Assembly (NCBI GenBank): GCA_023411715.1
Contig: JAEYOM010000076.1
Span: forward strand, 12,995 to 76,994
Direction: 5' to 3'
Length of the DNA stretch: 64,000 bases
Source of the DNA: Bacillota bacterium
GTDB taxonomy: Bacteria; Bacillota; Clostridia; Acetivibrionales; DTU013
Part shown: positions 46,958 to 56,885 of the stretch, piece by piece
Position numbering within the stretch: the stretch's first letter is position 1
Layout of the letters: the number at the start of each line of letters is the position of its first letter
The notes under the pieces: generated by a model
Database searches by the model: none
What the model was told of the DNA's origin: nothing
What the model saw: the letters and a program-made list of their open reading frames with translations, nothing else
Translations under genes and position numbers: made by a program

Positions 46958-48964
46958 TTATACCTTAAACACAGAAGCGGCTTTAATCAACGATTCGGAT
47001 TTATCTTTTGCAGATCCCGACAGCTTGATTACTTCATTTGACAGCTGCGCTATGTCAGACGACTCCTGCGCTATGCTCGAGGCTCCCTGCGCTTCCTCGT
47101 TCGCAGAGCTGGCTATTTCAGTAATCGCTTTTGTCATATTCTCGATAGAAGCCAGAAGTTCTTCCGAGGTTGCGCTAAAATCCGTCACCATATCGCTTAT
47201 AGCCGAAGAATCGTTGTTGTATTGTTCACTGGTATCGACCAGGTAATCGTAGTCCTTTAAAACCTGCCTGTCGATGAATTCCAGTATTTCACCCGAACTG
47301 GACGTCAGGTTCTGTACGGCTTCGAAAATTATTTTAGTTACGCTTTGTATTCTAGCAACCGTATTTTTCGAATCCTCCGCCAGCTTTCTGATCTCTTCGG
47401 CAACAACTGCAAAGCCCTTTCCTGCCTCGCCTGCCCTCGCAGCCTCAATAGCCGCATTCAAAGCAAGAAGATTGGTTTGATTGGTAATTTCAAGTATTGC
47501 TTCCGACAGCTCATTTATCTGGTCGACTGCCTTTGCTTGCTCTATTGCCACCTGCAGGCCGTTTTTAGTCCTTCCGTATATCTCATTGGCACTTCCTTTT
47601 GAGGCCGTCGCATTATTCTTCATATCTTCAGCTATTTTGCTTACATTTTTGGCTTTTAACGCGCCTTCCTGTGCTTTTGAAGCTATTGAACTTACTGCCT
47701 CAGCTATTTCCTCCGATGTGGCGTTCATTTCTTCTGTGGACGAAGCCGTTTCCTCCGTACCGGCCGATAATTCCTCCGTAGTCGCCGTTATACTTTCAAT
47801 ACTTTTGTTTAGCTTTTCCATACCGTTATTTATGTTATCAAGCATTCCGCCAACGTCACGTGAACCGTCAATAACATGCTTAACGATTTTTTTGATTGAT
47901 TGCTGCATGGTCAGTATTGAATTTGCGAGAACGCCTATTTCGTCATTCGACTTTAGAATATTTTTAGGTACTTCTCTGGAAAAATCGCCGGTTGAAACTA
48001 TTTTTAGATAGTCCGAGGCTGTCTTTACCGGTTTTGATATCCCTAATGCCAAAAAGAAAGTGACAAATACTCCCGATAATATGAAAACTATTGATACTAA
48101 GAGAATTATCAATTCCAGAGACTCGACTCTCTCCATCACCTCTGACTTCGGCGCCGTAATGGCCAACGACCAGGTTGTTCCCTGTATCGGCGTGTATGCC
48201 ATATATTTGGTAACTCCATTATATGTATATTCGCCTATTCCCTTCTTGCCTGCCATCATTTCTTTTTCTAGCCTGACCAGCGGCTCAAGGCTGGGATCCT
48301 TTTTAACACTTTCGAGGTCGTTATCCATGTTTTTTACTAGATCCCGATTCGTATGCGCTATCGTAGTGCATTTATCATTTACCATATACGCGCTGCCGCT
48401 TTTGCCAAATTTAATCTCACTCGTATATGTGCTCAGTTCATTTCCGTCGCGCGTTGCTACAAGCACTCCCTTTACCGTATTGCCATCCTTTATGGGAACT
48501 GCAAAGCACATGACAACGCTATCATTGACTTTGCTTACGAAAGGATCTGAAACCGTGTTATCACCTTTTAATGCTTTTATATAATAATCCCTGTCGGAAA
48601 TATTCAAGCTTTCTCCGTCGCTATACTTAATATTTCCGCTTGTATCAGCGATACCGATCCTGATATGGCCGCTCCTATCGACTTCGCTGCTCAGGAGCTT
48701 CAACTTGTCATCCAGACTTAGTCCGTCTTCCCTGATTGAATTACTGCCGGCCAATGCTTCCAATGAATTAAGCTGGATGTCGAGCTTGCTGCGTATAACC
48801 ACTGCGGCTTCATCGGCCATTTGGGGCAACGTTTCATTAATATTGGACTTCAACATAGTTGTTGATTCGTAAGAAATCACAAGTGCAAACCCAGCGCATA
48901 TAGCAACAAGCAATATCCCAAAAAACAAGGTCAATTTTAGTTTAATACTTCTAATATGTAACAT
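46958..48964 (-). CDS. Methyl-accepting chemotaxis protein (Cache-like sensor, HAMP, MCP signalling domain)
   Basis: Two TM helices flank a ~260-aa periplasmic domain. The conserved hairpin tip is [33 protein letters not shown]. Confidence 0.93.
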   Translation of the reverse strand: MLHIRSIKLKLTLFFGILLVAICAGFALVISYESTTMLKSNINETLPQMADEAAVVIRSKLDIQLNSLEALAGSNSIREDGLSLDDKLKLLSSEVDRSGHIRIGIADTSGNIKYSDGESLNISDRDYYIKALKGDNTVSDPFVSKVNDSVVMCFAVPIKDGNTVKGVLVATRDGNELSTYTSEIKFGKSGSAYMVNDKCTTIAHTNRDLVKNMDNDLESVKKDPSLEPLVRLEKEMMAGKKGIGEYTYNGVTKYMAYTPIQGTTWSLAITAPKSEVMERVESLELIILLVSIVFILSGVFVTFFLALGISKPVKTASDYLKIVSTGDFSREVPKNILKSNDEIGVLANSILTMQQSIKKIVKHVIDGSRDVGGMLDNINNGMEKLNKSIESITATTEELSAGTEETASSTEEMNATSEEIAEAVSSIASKAQEGALKAKNVSKIAEDMKNNATASKGSANEIYGRTKNGLQVAIEQAKAVDQINELSEAILEITNQTNLLALNAAIEAARAGEAGKGFAVVAEEIRKLAEDSKNTVARIQSVTKIIFEAVQNLTSSSGEILEFIDRQVLKDYDYLVDTSEQYNNDSSAISDMVTDFSATSEELLASIENMTKAITEIASSANEEAQGASSIAQESSDIAQLSNEVIKLSGSAKDKSESLIKAASVFKV

Positions 48965-49309
48965 ATCCTCTCTCCTGCCTCTGTAATTTAATAAGGTTGT
49001 AAACTAATTATTGAACTGCGCATAAATTGAGTATTGAATTAAGTCGATAATTATAATTAGCCTGAACAATATATGTTAATCACAATTTTCCTCCCCTCAA
49101 CAGTAATTTGACGTGAACAAAAATATAACGCTCATTGCGCTTATATTTTTCTACTTATTTCTTGGCTATTTTTATGACTTAATTCGACATATAATTTGAT
49201 TTTCCCTTGAATTTATAGAATATTTTCAATGCATGGACATGAATCAAGAAATGCAAAAAATAGATAATCTGATTTTCAACATAGATATGAATAATGAGAG
49301 GGCATGAAT

Positions 49310-50236
49310 TTATTCAAAGGCTTCATTTCTGAGCTTTTCAACAAGCTCAGTGAATTCGAGCGGCGGATCTGCCTCAAATTCCACATATTTTCCGGTTCCA
49401 GGATGAACGAAACCGAGTACCCTGGCATGCAGAGCCTGACCATCGATGCCGTATTTCTGCTTCTTTCTGCCATATACCGTGTCGCCGATGAGAGGATGGC
49501 CGATATATGACATGTGTACTCTTATCTGGTGCGTCCTGCCGGTCTCAAGCTGCACTTCAAGCAGCGTTGCCGATTTTAAACGCTCCAACACCCTGAAGTG
49601 CGTTACTGCTCTTCTGCCATTTTTAAGGTTTACGGCCATCTTTTTACGTTCGGTTGGGTGCCTTCCTATCGGCGCATCTATTTTTCCGGTGTCTTCGATT
49701 ATAACGCCCTCAGCTACAGCAGTGTATATCCTTTTTATATCATGCTCCTTGAGTTTAACGGACAATACTCCGTGCGAGCTATTGTTCTTTGCAACTACGA
49801 GCACACCTGACGTGTCCTTGTCTATCCTGTGTACGATACCCGGCCTGATTACTCCGTTTATATCGGATAGCGAGCCGCTGCAATGCTTAAGAAGCGCATT
49901 GACGAGCGTTCCTTCGTAGTTGCCAGCAGCCGGATGGACGACCATGCCCCTGGGCTTGTTTATTACGATTATATCTTCATCTTCGTAAAGGATATCGAGA
50001 GGTATATCTTCAGCTTTGACCTCGAGGACCTTCGGTTCCGGTATCGAAACGCTTGCTTGATCCCCCGGTTTGAGCCTGTACCCTGTCTTAACAGGTTTAC
50101 CGTTGATAAGGACATTCCCGTCCGTTATCAGCTTCTCCACATGGTTCCTCGAAAACCTTCCGAGTTTTGCCGTAAGCCATACATCCAGACGTTTTTCGGA
50201 TTCCTCTCCCGTTATTACAAAAATTTCATTGTTCAT
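49310..50236 (-). CDS. rluD: 23S rRNA pseudouridine synthase, RluD subfamily
   Basis: S4 domain plus catalytic motif HRIDKDTSGVLV. Confidence 0.9.
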   Translation of the reverse strand: MNNEIFVITGEESEKRLDVWLTAKLGRFSRNHVEKLITDGNVLINGKPVKTGYRLKPGDQASVSIPEPKVLEVKAEDIPLDILYEDEDIIVINKPRGMVVHPAAGNYEGTLVNALLKHCSGSLSDINGVIRPGIVHRIDKDTSGVLVVAKNNSSHGVLSVKLKEHDIKRIYTAVAEGVIIEDTGKIDAPIGRHPTERKKMAVNLKNGRRAVTHFRVLERLKSATLLEVQLETGRTHQIRVHMSYIGHPLIGDTVYGRKKQKYGIDGQALHARVLGFVHPGTGKYVEFEADPPLEFTELVEKLRNEAFE

Positions 50237-50249
50237 TTTCTATTTCATC

Positions 50250-50708
50250 CTATTTATTTACCGGCGATTCCTTGTATATGAAAATCACATATACCGCCAG
50301 CAGTATCGTACCGAAGGTAACTGCTATATCCGCGGCGTTGAATATGGGGAATTCGTACTTCCCTATATAGAACAGAAGAAAATCCGTTACCTTCCCCTCG
50401 AATAGCCTGTCTATATAGTTGCCAATAGCGCCGCCAAGTATCAGCGCGAGAGAAAACCTCATAAGTGCGTGTTTGTTTTTTATCATTATATAAATTATAA
50501 AAGCGGCTATAACCGGAATAAGTATCAGAAAAAACAATCTGCCATTCTGAAGTATGCCCCATGCAGCTCCGGGATTCTTATGGAGAGTAAGGTAGAAAAA
50601 CTTATCCACCACAGGGATCATTTCTCCCGTTTCGATATTGCTTACGACCACGTACTTCGAGATACGGTCTATTATTATGACTAAAACAGAAATCAGTACC
50701 CAGATCAT
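50250..50708 (-). CDS. lspA: Lipoprotein signal peptidase II
   Basis: NPGAAWG and FNAADI motifs with 4 TM helices. ATG 50708 behind TGGAGGA. Confidence 0.92.
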   Translation of the reverse strand: MIWVLISVLVIIIDRISKYVVVSNIETGEMIPVVDKFFYLTLHKNPGAAWGILQNGRLFFLILIPVIAAFIIYIMIKNKHALMRFSLALILGGAIGNYIDRLFEGKVTDFLLFYIGKYEFPIFNAADIAVTFGTILLAVYVIFIYKESPVNK

Positions 50709-50773
50709 ATTTATCCTCCAAACCATTTTTTCGCCCGATCGACTTTACCTTTTCAATACCGGTATAACATGAT

Positions 50774-52735
50774 CTAATATGCTATCTCGGGTTTATACCA
50801 CTGCGTAAAACCGCTGAAATGATTCCATGTATCAGGTTCAAGCGGGCCTCTCAGCCTTTTTCCGTAAACCATTGCATCGCGCAGAAAATACAGTCCGATA
50901 TATGGCGTGTCGTTATCGATCTGATTCTGCAGAGCTTTGTAGATCGTCTTTCTCTTGCTTTCATCCGTCTCGCGGAACAAGGATGCTACGTTGGCATCTA
51001 CAGCCGGATTATTGTAACCCGAAACATTGAACGCATTCCCGCTTGCTCCGGATAACGCAGCGGGCAGGTAACCTGCCGAATATAGGTATGACAGGTCGGG
51101 TATCTGCGGGACTCTGCAGCCTATAAACGCCATATCGTATTTATTCCCCGTAACGCTGTTCATTAAATCGTTCCAGGCGACCTGCTTCACATCTGATGGG
51201 ATACCTGCCCTCTGAAGCTGTGCGCATATCTTCTGAGCCGCGCGTACCCTTATACTGTTGTTTGTATTGACAAGCAGGCTTACTTTAAGGTATCTCCTTG
51301 CACCGCTAATATATTTGTAATACCCATCACTTCCCTGTTTCCAGCCTCCTTCCAAAAGCGCCTCCGACGGCGTTGCCGCAGTTATCGCCGAGAACGTCGT
51401 GCTGTTGATTATTGCCGCCTGGGTCGTATAACCGGCCGTCGGATAAGGTACGGACGAAACGGCTGCTATATCTTCCGTTTCCGATATCCAGCTTTCCTGT
51501 AGCACAGGAAGCTTTGCTGCTTCAGATTCTCCCGGAAGTACGTCGTTTATAAGTTCGTCCCGGTCTATCGCAAGATCGATGGCTTTCCTGGCGAAAGGAT
51601 CCGAAAAAACAGGATTCCTCATATTAAACGCAAGAAATTCATAATTGCGGGATGTATATTTTTTTATTACCAAATCAGTTCTTCCCTTATATTTTGCCAG
51701 GTCGCTGGTCGGAATCCCTGAAATATCTATTTCTCCAAGCTGGAATGCTCCCATGGCGTCGTCTGGGCTCTTGAAAATATTCGCCTGTATCGTCTCAATA
51801 TACATTTTCTTATCCGGGGTCACGGCGGAGTTATCGGGTACAGTACCGGAAACGGTATTTTCTCCTGTATCAAGCGGTACTTCCAAACCATGGTCGCCAA
51901 TATCTACCGGAGTTATTGCGGGTACAGTACCGGCATTCATGCCTGTACCTGTGCCTGTGCCTGTTCCTGCGCCTGCGGTACTTTCCGCCGGACCGCCGGC
52001 CGTGGATTCGTCAGATGCCGAAAGCTGCCACCAGTCCTTATTGGCCTTCATTATGACATTCTTTCCATGAGTATATGAAACATAGTTGTATGGCCCTGTA
52101 CCTATAGGGCTGAATTGCTTTGACGAGCTCAATACATCCTTCTTGCTGAACTGGTGCTTCGGCAATATCGGAAACGACATCATTTCCGGCAGGAAAGAAT
52201 TCGGTTTTCCCAGGGCTATCTTGATATTGGACGAATCGACGGCAACACAAGTTACCATATTCTGAAACAGAGGCTTATAAATTGAATCTATGCTGTTGTT
52301 CCGGATAGTCTGAATGGTGAATTCAACGTCATCAGCGGTGAAAGCTTTTCCGTCCTGCCATCTGACGCCGTCCCTTATGTGGAAATTCCAGATGAGCCCG
52401 TCGGGAGATACCGTCCAGCTGTCCGACAATACGGGGACTGCCCTCTGGCTTTTGTCGAGGCGGGTCATCCCTTCGTAAATGAAACCCAGAAAATCCGCCG
52501 TATATGTATTTTTTGTGAGTATCGGATTAAGCGTATCCGGCTCCGTAGTAAATACGTTCAGCGTCCCTCCCGATACGGGTCCCCTGTCAAGGATATCATA
52601 ATCCTCGTATTGCCCGGTGCCGGCGCCGCCGCTGCCGCCGTACTGCTGCAGCTGCCCCGAATCAATGCCGGTCTGGCAGGCCGACAGCAATGTGCAGATC
52701 AAAAGTAATATAATAATGTTTATAGATCTTTTCAT
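50774..52735 (-). CDS. Lipoprotein, ABC-transporter substrate-binding protein family 5 (Opp/Dpp/Nik-like) with low-complexity insertion
   Basis: Lipobox LLSACQ and the SBP_bac_5 overall layout. There is a ~70-aa insertion including AGTGTGTGTGM. Confidence 0.8.
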   Translation of the reverse strand: MKRSINIIILLLICTLLSACQTGIDSGQLQQYGGSGGAGTGQYEDYDILDRGPVSGGTLNVFTTEPDTLNPILTKNTYTADFLGFIYEGMTRLDKSQRAVPVLSDSWTVSPDGLIWNFHIRDGVRWQDGKAFTADDVEFTIQTIRNNSIDSIYKPLFQNMVTCVAVDSSNIKIALGKPNSFLPEMMSFPILPKHQFSKKDVLSSSKQFSPIGTGPYNYVSYTHGKNVIMKANKDWWQLSASDESTAGGPAESTAGAGTGTGTGTGMNAGTVPAITPVDIGDHGLEVPLDTGENTVSGTVPDNSAVTPDKKMYIETIQANIFKSPDDAMGAFQLGEIDISGIPTSDLAKYKGRTDLVIKKYTSRNYEFLAFNMRNPVFSDPFARKAIDLAIDRDELINDVLPGESEAAKLPVLQESWISETEDIAAVSSVPYPTAGYTTQAAIINSTTFSAITAATPSEALLEGGWKQGSDGYYKYISGARRYLKVSLLVNTNNSIRVRAAQKICAQLQRAGIPSDVKQVAWNDLMNSVTGNKYDMAFIGCRVPQIPDLSYLYSAGYLPAALSGASGNAFNVSGYNNPAVDANVASLFRETDESKRKTIYKALQNQIDNDTPYIGLYFLRDAMVYGKRLRGPLEPDTWNHFSGFTQWYKPEIAY

Positions 52736-52746
52736 ACGTTACACCT

Positions 52747-53661
52747 TCAAGCCCTTATTTGCATGAACGCCGCCAGGCTGCCCGTCCTGCCTTCATCGCC
52801 CCTGTAGGAAAAAAACAGGTCCTTTCTGCATTTCGTGCATATACCGCAATTGTGTATATTTTCAAGTACAAGGCCTTCCTTTAGCAGTTCTTCCTGTATG
52901 ATTCCCTGCAGATCTATATTCCACTTCTTTTCACCGGTCTTCCTGTAAAAAGCCTCATTTTCGAAATTATTTGCAAACAGGCTGAATACATCTTCATCGA
53001 CTTCAAAACAGCAGCTCCCGATAGAAGGGCCCATGACGGCGACAAGTCTTTCCGCACAAAATCCCGGAACTTCCCTGAGCCTTTTTACGCCATTCGAAAC
53101 GATATTGTCAAGAGTGCCTCTCCATCCCGAATGTATCAACGCAGCCGCCTTGACGACTGGTTCATATAAAAAGACCGGCACGCAGTCAGCATGAGAAGTA
53201 ACGAGTGTGATCCCGGGCGTAACAGTCGCAAGCCCGTCTATTCCGATTATATCGCTTTCCCTCGAAAAACCCTTGCCTTTATCTTTTTCATCAACAAAAG
53301 CGACCTTGGTATCATGCACCTGGTTTGTCAGAACAAGACTGCCGGTGTCTATCCCAAGCGAATCGCACAATATCCCGTAATTGGCGAGTATGTTTTCTCT
53401 CGTATCCTTCCTCTTAAAACCTAGGTTCAGCGTACTGCACTCGCCTGAACTTACCCCGCCGTCACGTGTGCTCATACAGTGGATCAGGGAATCTTCATAT
53501 TTCTTAAGACAATCGAACTTAATATATTTCAACTCGCCGTCAGAGACGAGTACCGTACCTCTGCCGATACTGCGGGATGTTTTCAATAAAATGCCCTCCG
53601 TTGCTGGCCTTCGTTCATTATTCATATTACCATAACCGGTTCCTATACTCAATATACTCAA
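52747..53661 (-). CDS. pgeF: YfiH/PgeF (DUF152) family purine-nucleoside-phosphorylase/laccase-domain protein
   Basis: SHADCVPV, HSGWRG and CGICTKC...FSYR motifs. Start may be an internal Met. Confidence 0.85.
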   Translation of the reverse strand: MSILSIGTGYGNMNNERRPATEGILLKTSRSIGRGTVLVSDGELKYIKFDCLKKYEDSLIHCMSTRDGGVSSGECSTLNLGFKRKDTRENILANYGILCDSLGIDTGSLVLTNQVHDTKVAFVDEKDKGKGFSRESDIIGIDGLATVTPGITLVTSHADCVPVFLYEPVVKAAALIHSGWRGTLDNIVSNGVKRLREVPGFCAERLVAVMGPSIGSCCFEVDEDVFSLFANNFENEAFYRKTGEKKWNIDLQGIIQEELLKEGLVLENIHNCGICTKCRKDLFFSYRGDEGRTGSLAAFMQIRA

Positions 53662-53694
53662 AAGTCAAAATCACAGTCTCGCTATGTTCATTTA

Positions 53695-53733
53695 ATATAA
53701 AAGGCCGCTGATATGGCTTATCAGCAGCCTTGT
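53695..53733 (-). terminator. Intrinsic terminator after spoVS
   Basis: Minus strand AAGGCTGCTGATA-agcca-TATCAGCGGCCTT followed by TTATATT. Confidence 0.7.
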
Positions 53734-53747
53734 CTCATTACTGGATG

Positions 53748-54011
53748 CTATTTCCTTGGTTCGACGATCAGTTTTATGGCAGTTCTTTCCTCCCCGTCGA
53801 TAACGATATCAGTAAAGGCAGGAATACATATCAGTTCGATCCCTGACGGCGCTACAAAACCACGCGCTATGGCTACGGCCTTCACAGCCTGGTTCAATGC
53901 TCCCGCGCCTATCGCCTGCATTTCTGCTGAACCCCGTTCTCTTATGACTCCTGCCAGTGCTCCTGCTATGGAATTTGGGTTGGATTTTGCTGAGACCTTT
54001 AAAACATCCAT
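53748..54011 (-). CDS. spoVS: Stage V sporulation protein S
   Basis: MDVLKVSAKSNPNSIAGALAG... is near-canonical SpoVS. ATG 54011 behind GGGGGT; the listed ORF carries an 8-aa extension. Confidence 0.93.
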   Translation of the reverse strand: MDVLKVSAKSNPNSIAGALAGVIRERGSAEMQAIGAGALNQAVKAVAIARGFVAPSGIELICIPAFTDIVIDGEERTAIKLIVEPRK

Positions 54012-54166
54012 GATTTTTACCCCCATTGCAAACAATATTATATGATTAAAAGTAATTCTACATAATTATTCAAAATCCTTTTTATTTAGTTAAATTTTAG
54101 AAATTTTGATAATTTGCATAAAAAAAGGGGGTGTTTATGGGCAATATACCCAAATTATCGGTATGT

Positions 54167-54940
54167 TTACAATACCTGGTTCCTGTTTACCCTTCTGATG
54201 CATGCCGATCTGCCGGTCTTTTCGTCAATTTCAAGATATACCGCATTAAACTGGACTGATCCTTTAGCTACCTCGAAGCGCACAGGCATCCCCTTTACGA
54301 ATTTCTCGACTACGATATCCCTTTCCACTCCGATTATACCTTCATAAGGTCCGGTCATACCCACATCCGATATAAAGGCAGTCCCGCATGGAAGTATGCG
54401 TTCGTCTGCCGTCTGGACATGCGTATGTGTTCCGAGCACGGCGCTGACCCTTCCGTCAGCATACCATGCCAGCGCGCATTTTTCGGACGTCGCTTCAGCA
54501 TGTATATCCACGATCACCGCTTTAACCTTGCTTTTTATATATTCCAGTTCCCTGTCAAGCGCCATGAATGGGCAATCGACAGGATCCATATAAACACGGC
54601 CCAGTAAATTTATTATCCCAAGTTTGCCGCCTATTATAGCCGAACCTTTGCCCGGTAGCCCTTCTGCGTAATTTGCCGGACGTACGATCTTATTGTCCGA
54701 ATCTATGAAATTGGTTATTTCCCTTTTTGACCACGTATGGTTTCCCATGGTCAGACCGTCGATTCCGCCCGCATATAGTTCCTGGGCCAGCACACAGGTG
54801 ATCCCCGAGCCTCCGGCCGCATTTTCAGCGTTAGCTATACAATAATCGAAAGGCAGTTCCTTTCGTATTTCATTCAAATATTCCTTTACGGCTTTTCTGC
54901 CCGGACTTCCTACTATATCTCCAATGAACAATACTTTCAA
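54167..54940 (-). CDS. ymdB: YmdB-family metallophosphoesterase (2',3'-cyclic-nucleotide phosphodiesterase)
   Basis: LFIGDIVG and GNHTW motifs. TTG 54940 behind GGAGGAA. Directly downstream of rny. Confidence 0.9.
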   Translation of the reverse strand: MKVLFIGDIVGSPGRKAVKEYLNEIRKELPFDYCIANAENAAGGSGITCVLAQELYAGGIDGLTMGNHTWSKREITNFIDSDNKIVRPANYAEGLPGKGSAIIGGKLGIINLLGRVYMDPVDCPFMALDRELEYIKSKVKAVIVDIHAEATSEKCALAWYADGRVSAVLGTHTHVQTADERILPCGTAFISDVGMTGPYEGIIGVERDIVVEKFVKGMPVRFEVAKGSVQFNAVYLEIDEKTGRSACIRRVNRNQVL

Positions 54941-55027
54941 AACGGTTCCTCCATAGCGTGATATGTCTCTAATATAACATAAAAAGCGTGTTTTCACACG
55001 CTTTTTATGTCCAGCCAACGGCTTTGT

Positions 55028-56584
55028 TTACTTAGCATATTCAATTGCCCTTGTCTCACGGATAACGTTTACCTTGATCTGACCGGGATATTCAAGCTCG
55101 CTTTCGATCTTTTTGACGATTTCCCTGGCTTTCAATACCATCTCGTCATCAGATACGTCATCCGGCTTGACAATGATCCTGATTTCCCTGCCCGCCTGTA
55201 TAGCATAGCATTTTTCTACGCCCGGGAAGGAATTTGCGATCTCCTCAAGCTTTTCGATCCTCTTGATGTAAGATTCAAGGGTTTCCCTTCTGGCGCCCGG
55301 CCTTGCAGCTGAAATAGAATCTGCAGCCTGGACCAGTACGGCAACCAGTGATGTCGGTTCGACATCGCCATGATGCGACATTATCGCATTGATAACATCA
55401 TTGCCTTCTCTGTACTTCTTCGCAATATCTGCTCCGATAGTTACATGAGAACCTTCGACTTCATGATCGACGGCTTTCCCTATGTCATGCAGAAGACCCG
55501 CTCTCTTGGCAAGTACTACATCTGCACCAAGTTCTGCCGCCATTGCACCCGCAAGGTTGGACACTTCAATTGAATGATTCAGTACGTTCTGACCGTAACT
55601 TGTCCTGAATCTAAGCTTACCGAGAAGCTTGACTATTTCAGGATGCAGTCCGTGTACTCCGGTTTCGAAGGTCGCACGGTCGCCTTCCTGGCGGATTGTA
55701 TTTTCAACTTCCTTCTTTGCCTTTTCAACCATTTCTTCAATTCTTGCAGGATGAATTCTGCCGTCAAGGATCAGTTTTTCAAGCGTGATCCTCGCTACTT
55801 CCCTTCTAATGGGATCGAATCCCGAAAGTATTACAGCTTCAGGAGTATCATCTATTATCAGGTCGATTCCTGTAAGTGTCTCGAGAGTCCTGATATTTCT
55901 GCCTTCACGTCCGATGATACGCCCCTTCATTTCATCATTGGGCAATGGCACTACCGATACTGTAGTCTCCGATACATGGTCTGCGGCACATTTCTGGATT
56001 GCGGTTGCAACGATATCTCTGGCTTTCCTGTCTGCCTCTTCTTTCGCTCTTGCTTCCAAATCCTTAACCAGAATCGCTAATTCATGTTTTACCTCATCCT
56101 CTACATCCCTGATGAGATACTGTTTGGCATCCTCGATAGACAGTCCCGAAATCCTTTCGAGCTCTTCGAGCTGCTTTTTCTGAAGCTCTGCAAGCTTTTC
56201 CTGTGTTGCCTGCACTTCTTTTGTTTTCTTGTTCAGAGCTTCATCTTTCTGTTCCAGAGCTTCTACCTTTTTGTCCAGCGTTTCTTCTTTCTGGACGAGG
56301 CGCCTTTCCTGTCTTTGAATTTCGTTTCTTCGTTCTTTGATCTCCCTGTCCAGTTCCATTCTGCTTCTGTGGACCTCTTCCTTTGCTTCCAGAAGAGCTT
56401 CCCTCTTTTTACTCTCGGCTGTTTTCAAAGCATCGTTCACTATTCGTTTCGATTCCTGCTCTGCACTGCCGATTTCAGCTTCTGCATCACTTTTCCTGCG
56501 GTTATATCCCATACGGAACGATATAAACGAAGCAATCACTGCTCCAATTACAAGGCCAGCCAAAATTCCAATAACCCATTCCAA
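55028..56584 (-). CDS. rny: Ribonuclease Y
   Basis: N-terminal TM helix, coiled coil, KH domain, HD domain (LLHDIGK). Start set to TTG 56584 (GAGGAGG 10 nt upstream). Confidence 0.94.
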   Translation of the reverse strand: MEWVIGILAGLVIGAVIASFISFRMGYNRRKSDAEAEIGSAEQESKRIVNDALKTAESKKREALLEAKEEVHRSRMELDREIKERRNEIQRQERRLVQKEETLDKKVEALEQKDEALNKKTKEVQATQEKLAELQKKQLEELERISGLSIEDAKQYLIRDVEDEVKHELAILVKDLEARAKEEADRKARDIVATAIQKCAADHVSETTVSVVPLPNDEMKGRIIGREGRNIRTLETLTGIDLIIDDTPEAVILSGFDPIRREVARITLEKLILDGRIHPARIEEMVEKAKKEVENTIRQEGDRATFETGVHGLHPEIVKLLGKLRFRTSYGQNVLNHSIEVSNLAGAMAAELGADVVLAKRAGLLHDIGKAVDHEVEGSHVTIGADIAKKYREGNDVINAIMSHHGDVEPTSLVAVLVQAADSISAARPGARRETLESYIKRIEKLEEIANSFPGVEKCYAIQAGREIRIIVKPDDVSDDEMVLKAREIVKKIESELEYPGQIKVNVIRETRAIEYAK

Positions 56585-56625
56585 ATTTACACACACCTCC
56601 TCATATTCAGTTTTCAATGGTCATG

Positions 56626-56770
56626 CCGGTCGCATGGGCGAGCAGTTGACATTTGGTCAACGACCAGCCCCGGTCGCATGGGCGGACAGTTGGCGTAAGC
56701 CAACGACCAGCCCCGGTCGCAGGGCAAGCAGTTGACATTTGGTCAACGACCAGCCCCGGTTCAAAACCGG
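56626..56770. repeat. 43-44-nt tandem stem-loop modules, 3 copies plus a partial fourth
   Basis: Units at 56626-56669, 56670-56712 and 56713-56755, then ccggttcaaaaccgg. Each contains GGTCG...CGACC and an internal 6-bp hairpin (GTTGAC/GTCAAC in copies 1 and 3, GTTGGC/GCCAAC in copy 2). Confidence 0.92.
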
Positions 56771-56783
56771 CTATTCATAATGT

Positions 56784-56810
56784 ACGGATGGCCTGAGCCA
56801 TCCGTTTTTA
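56784..56810. other. 9-bp hairpin ACGGATGGC-ctga-GCCATCCGT; T-tract only on the plus strand
   Basis: On the plus strand it is followed by TTTTTA; on the minus strand there is no U-tract. It lies inside the predicted rny leader. Confidence 0.6.
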
Positions 56811-56826
56811 AACGAAATACAAATTA

Positions 56827-56855
56827 ATTGTAAACTTTTTTAATTTTTATGTCAA
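56827..56855 (-). promoter_or_regulatory. Sigma-A-type promoter of rny
   Basis: Minus strand TTGACA (56855-56850), 17 nt, TACAAT (56832-56827). The predicted TSS is near 56820, about 235 nt before the rny start. Confidence 0.65.
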
Positions 56856-56885
56856 GAAAAACAAAACCCGCAGCCAATGTTTGAT

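Noticed and set aside
29641-56770. Tandem arrays as CRISPR arrays.
   Set aside because: The units are contiguous with no unique spacers, the unit lengths are 8-44 nt, there are no cas genes, and the arrays are short.
56560-56812. An independent plus-strand sRNA containing the 44-nt modules and ending at the hairpin plus T-tract at 56784-56810.
   Set aside because: The T-tract orientation fits a plus-strand terminator, but I found no plus-strand promoter. A consensus minus-strand promoter at 56855-56827 places the whole region in the rny leader. This is not fully excluded; strand-specific RNA-seq would settle it.
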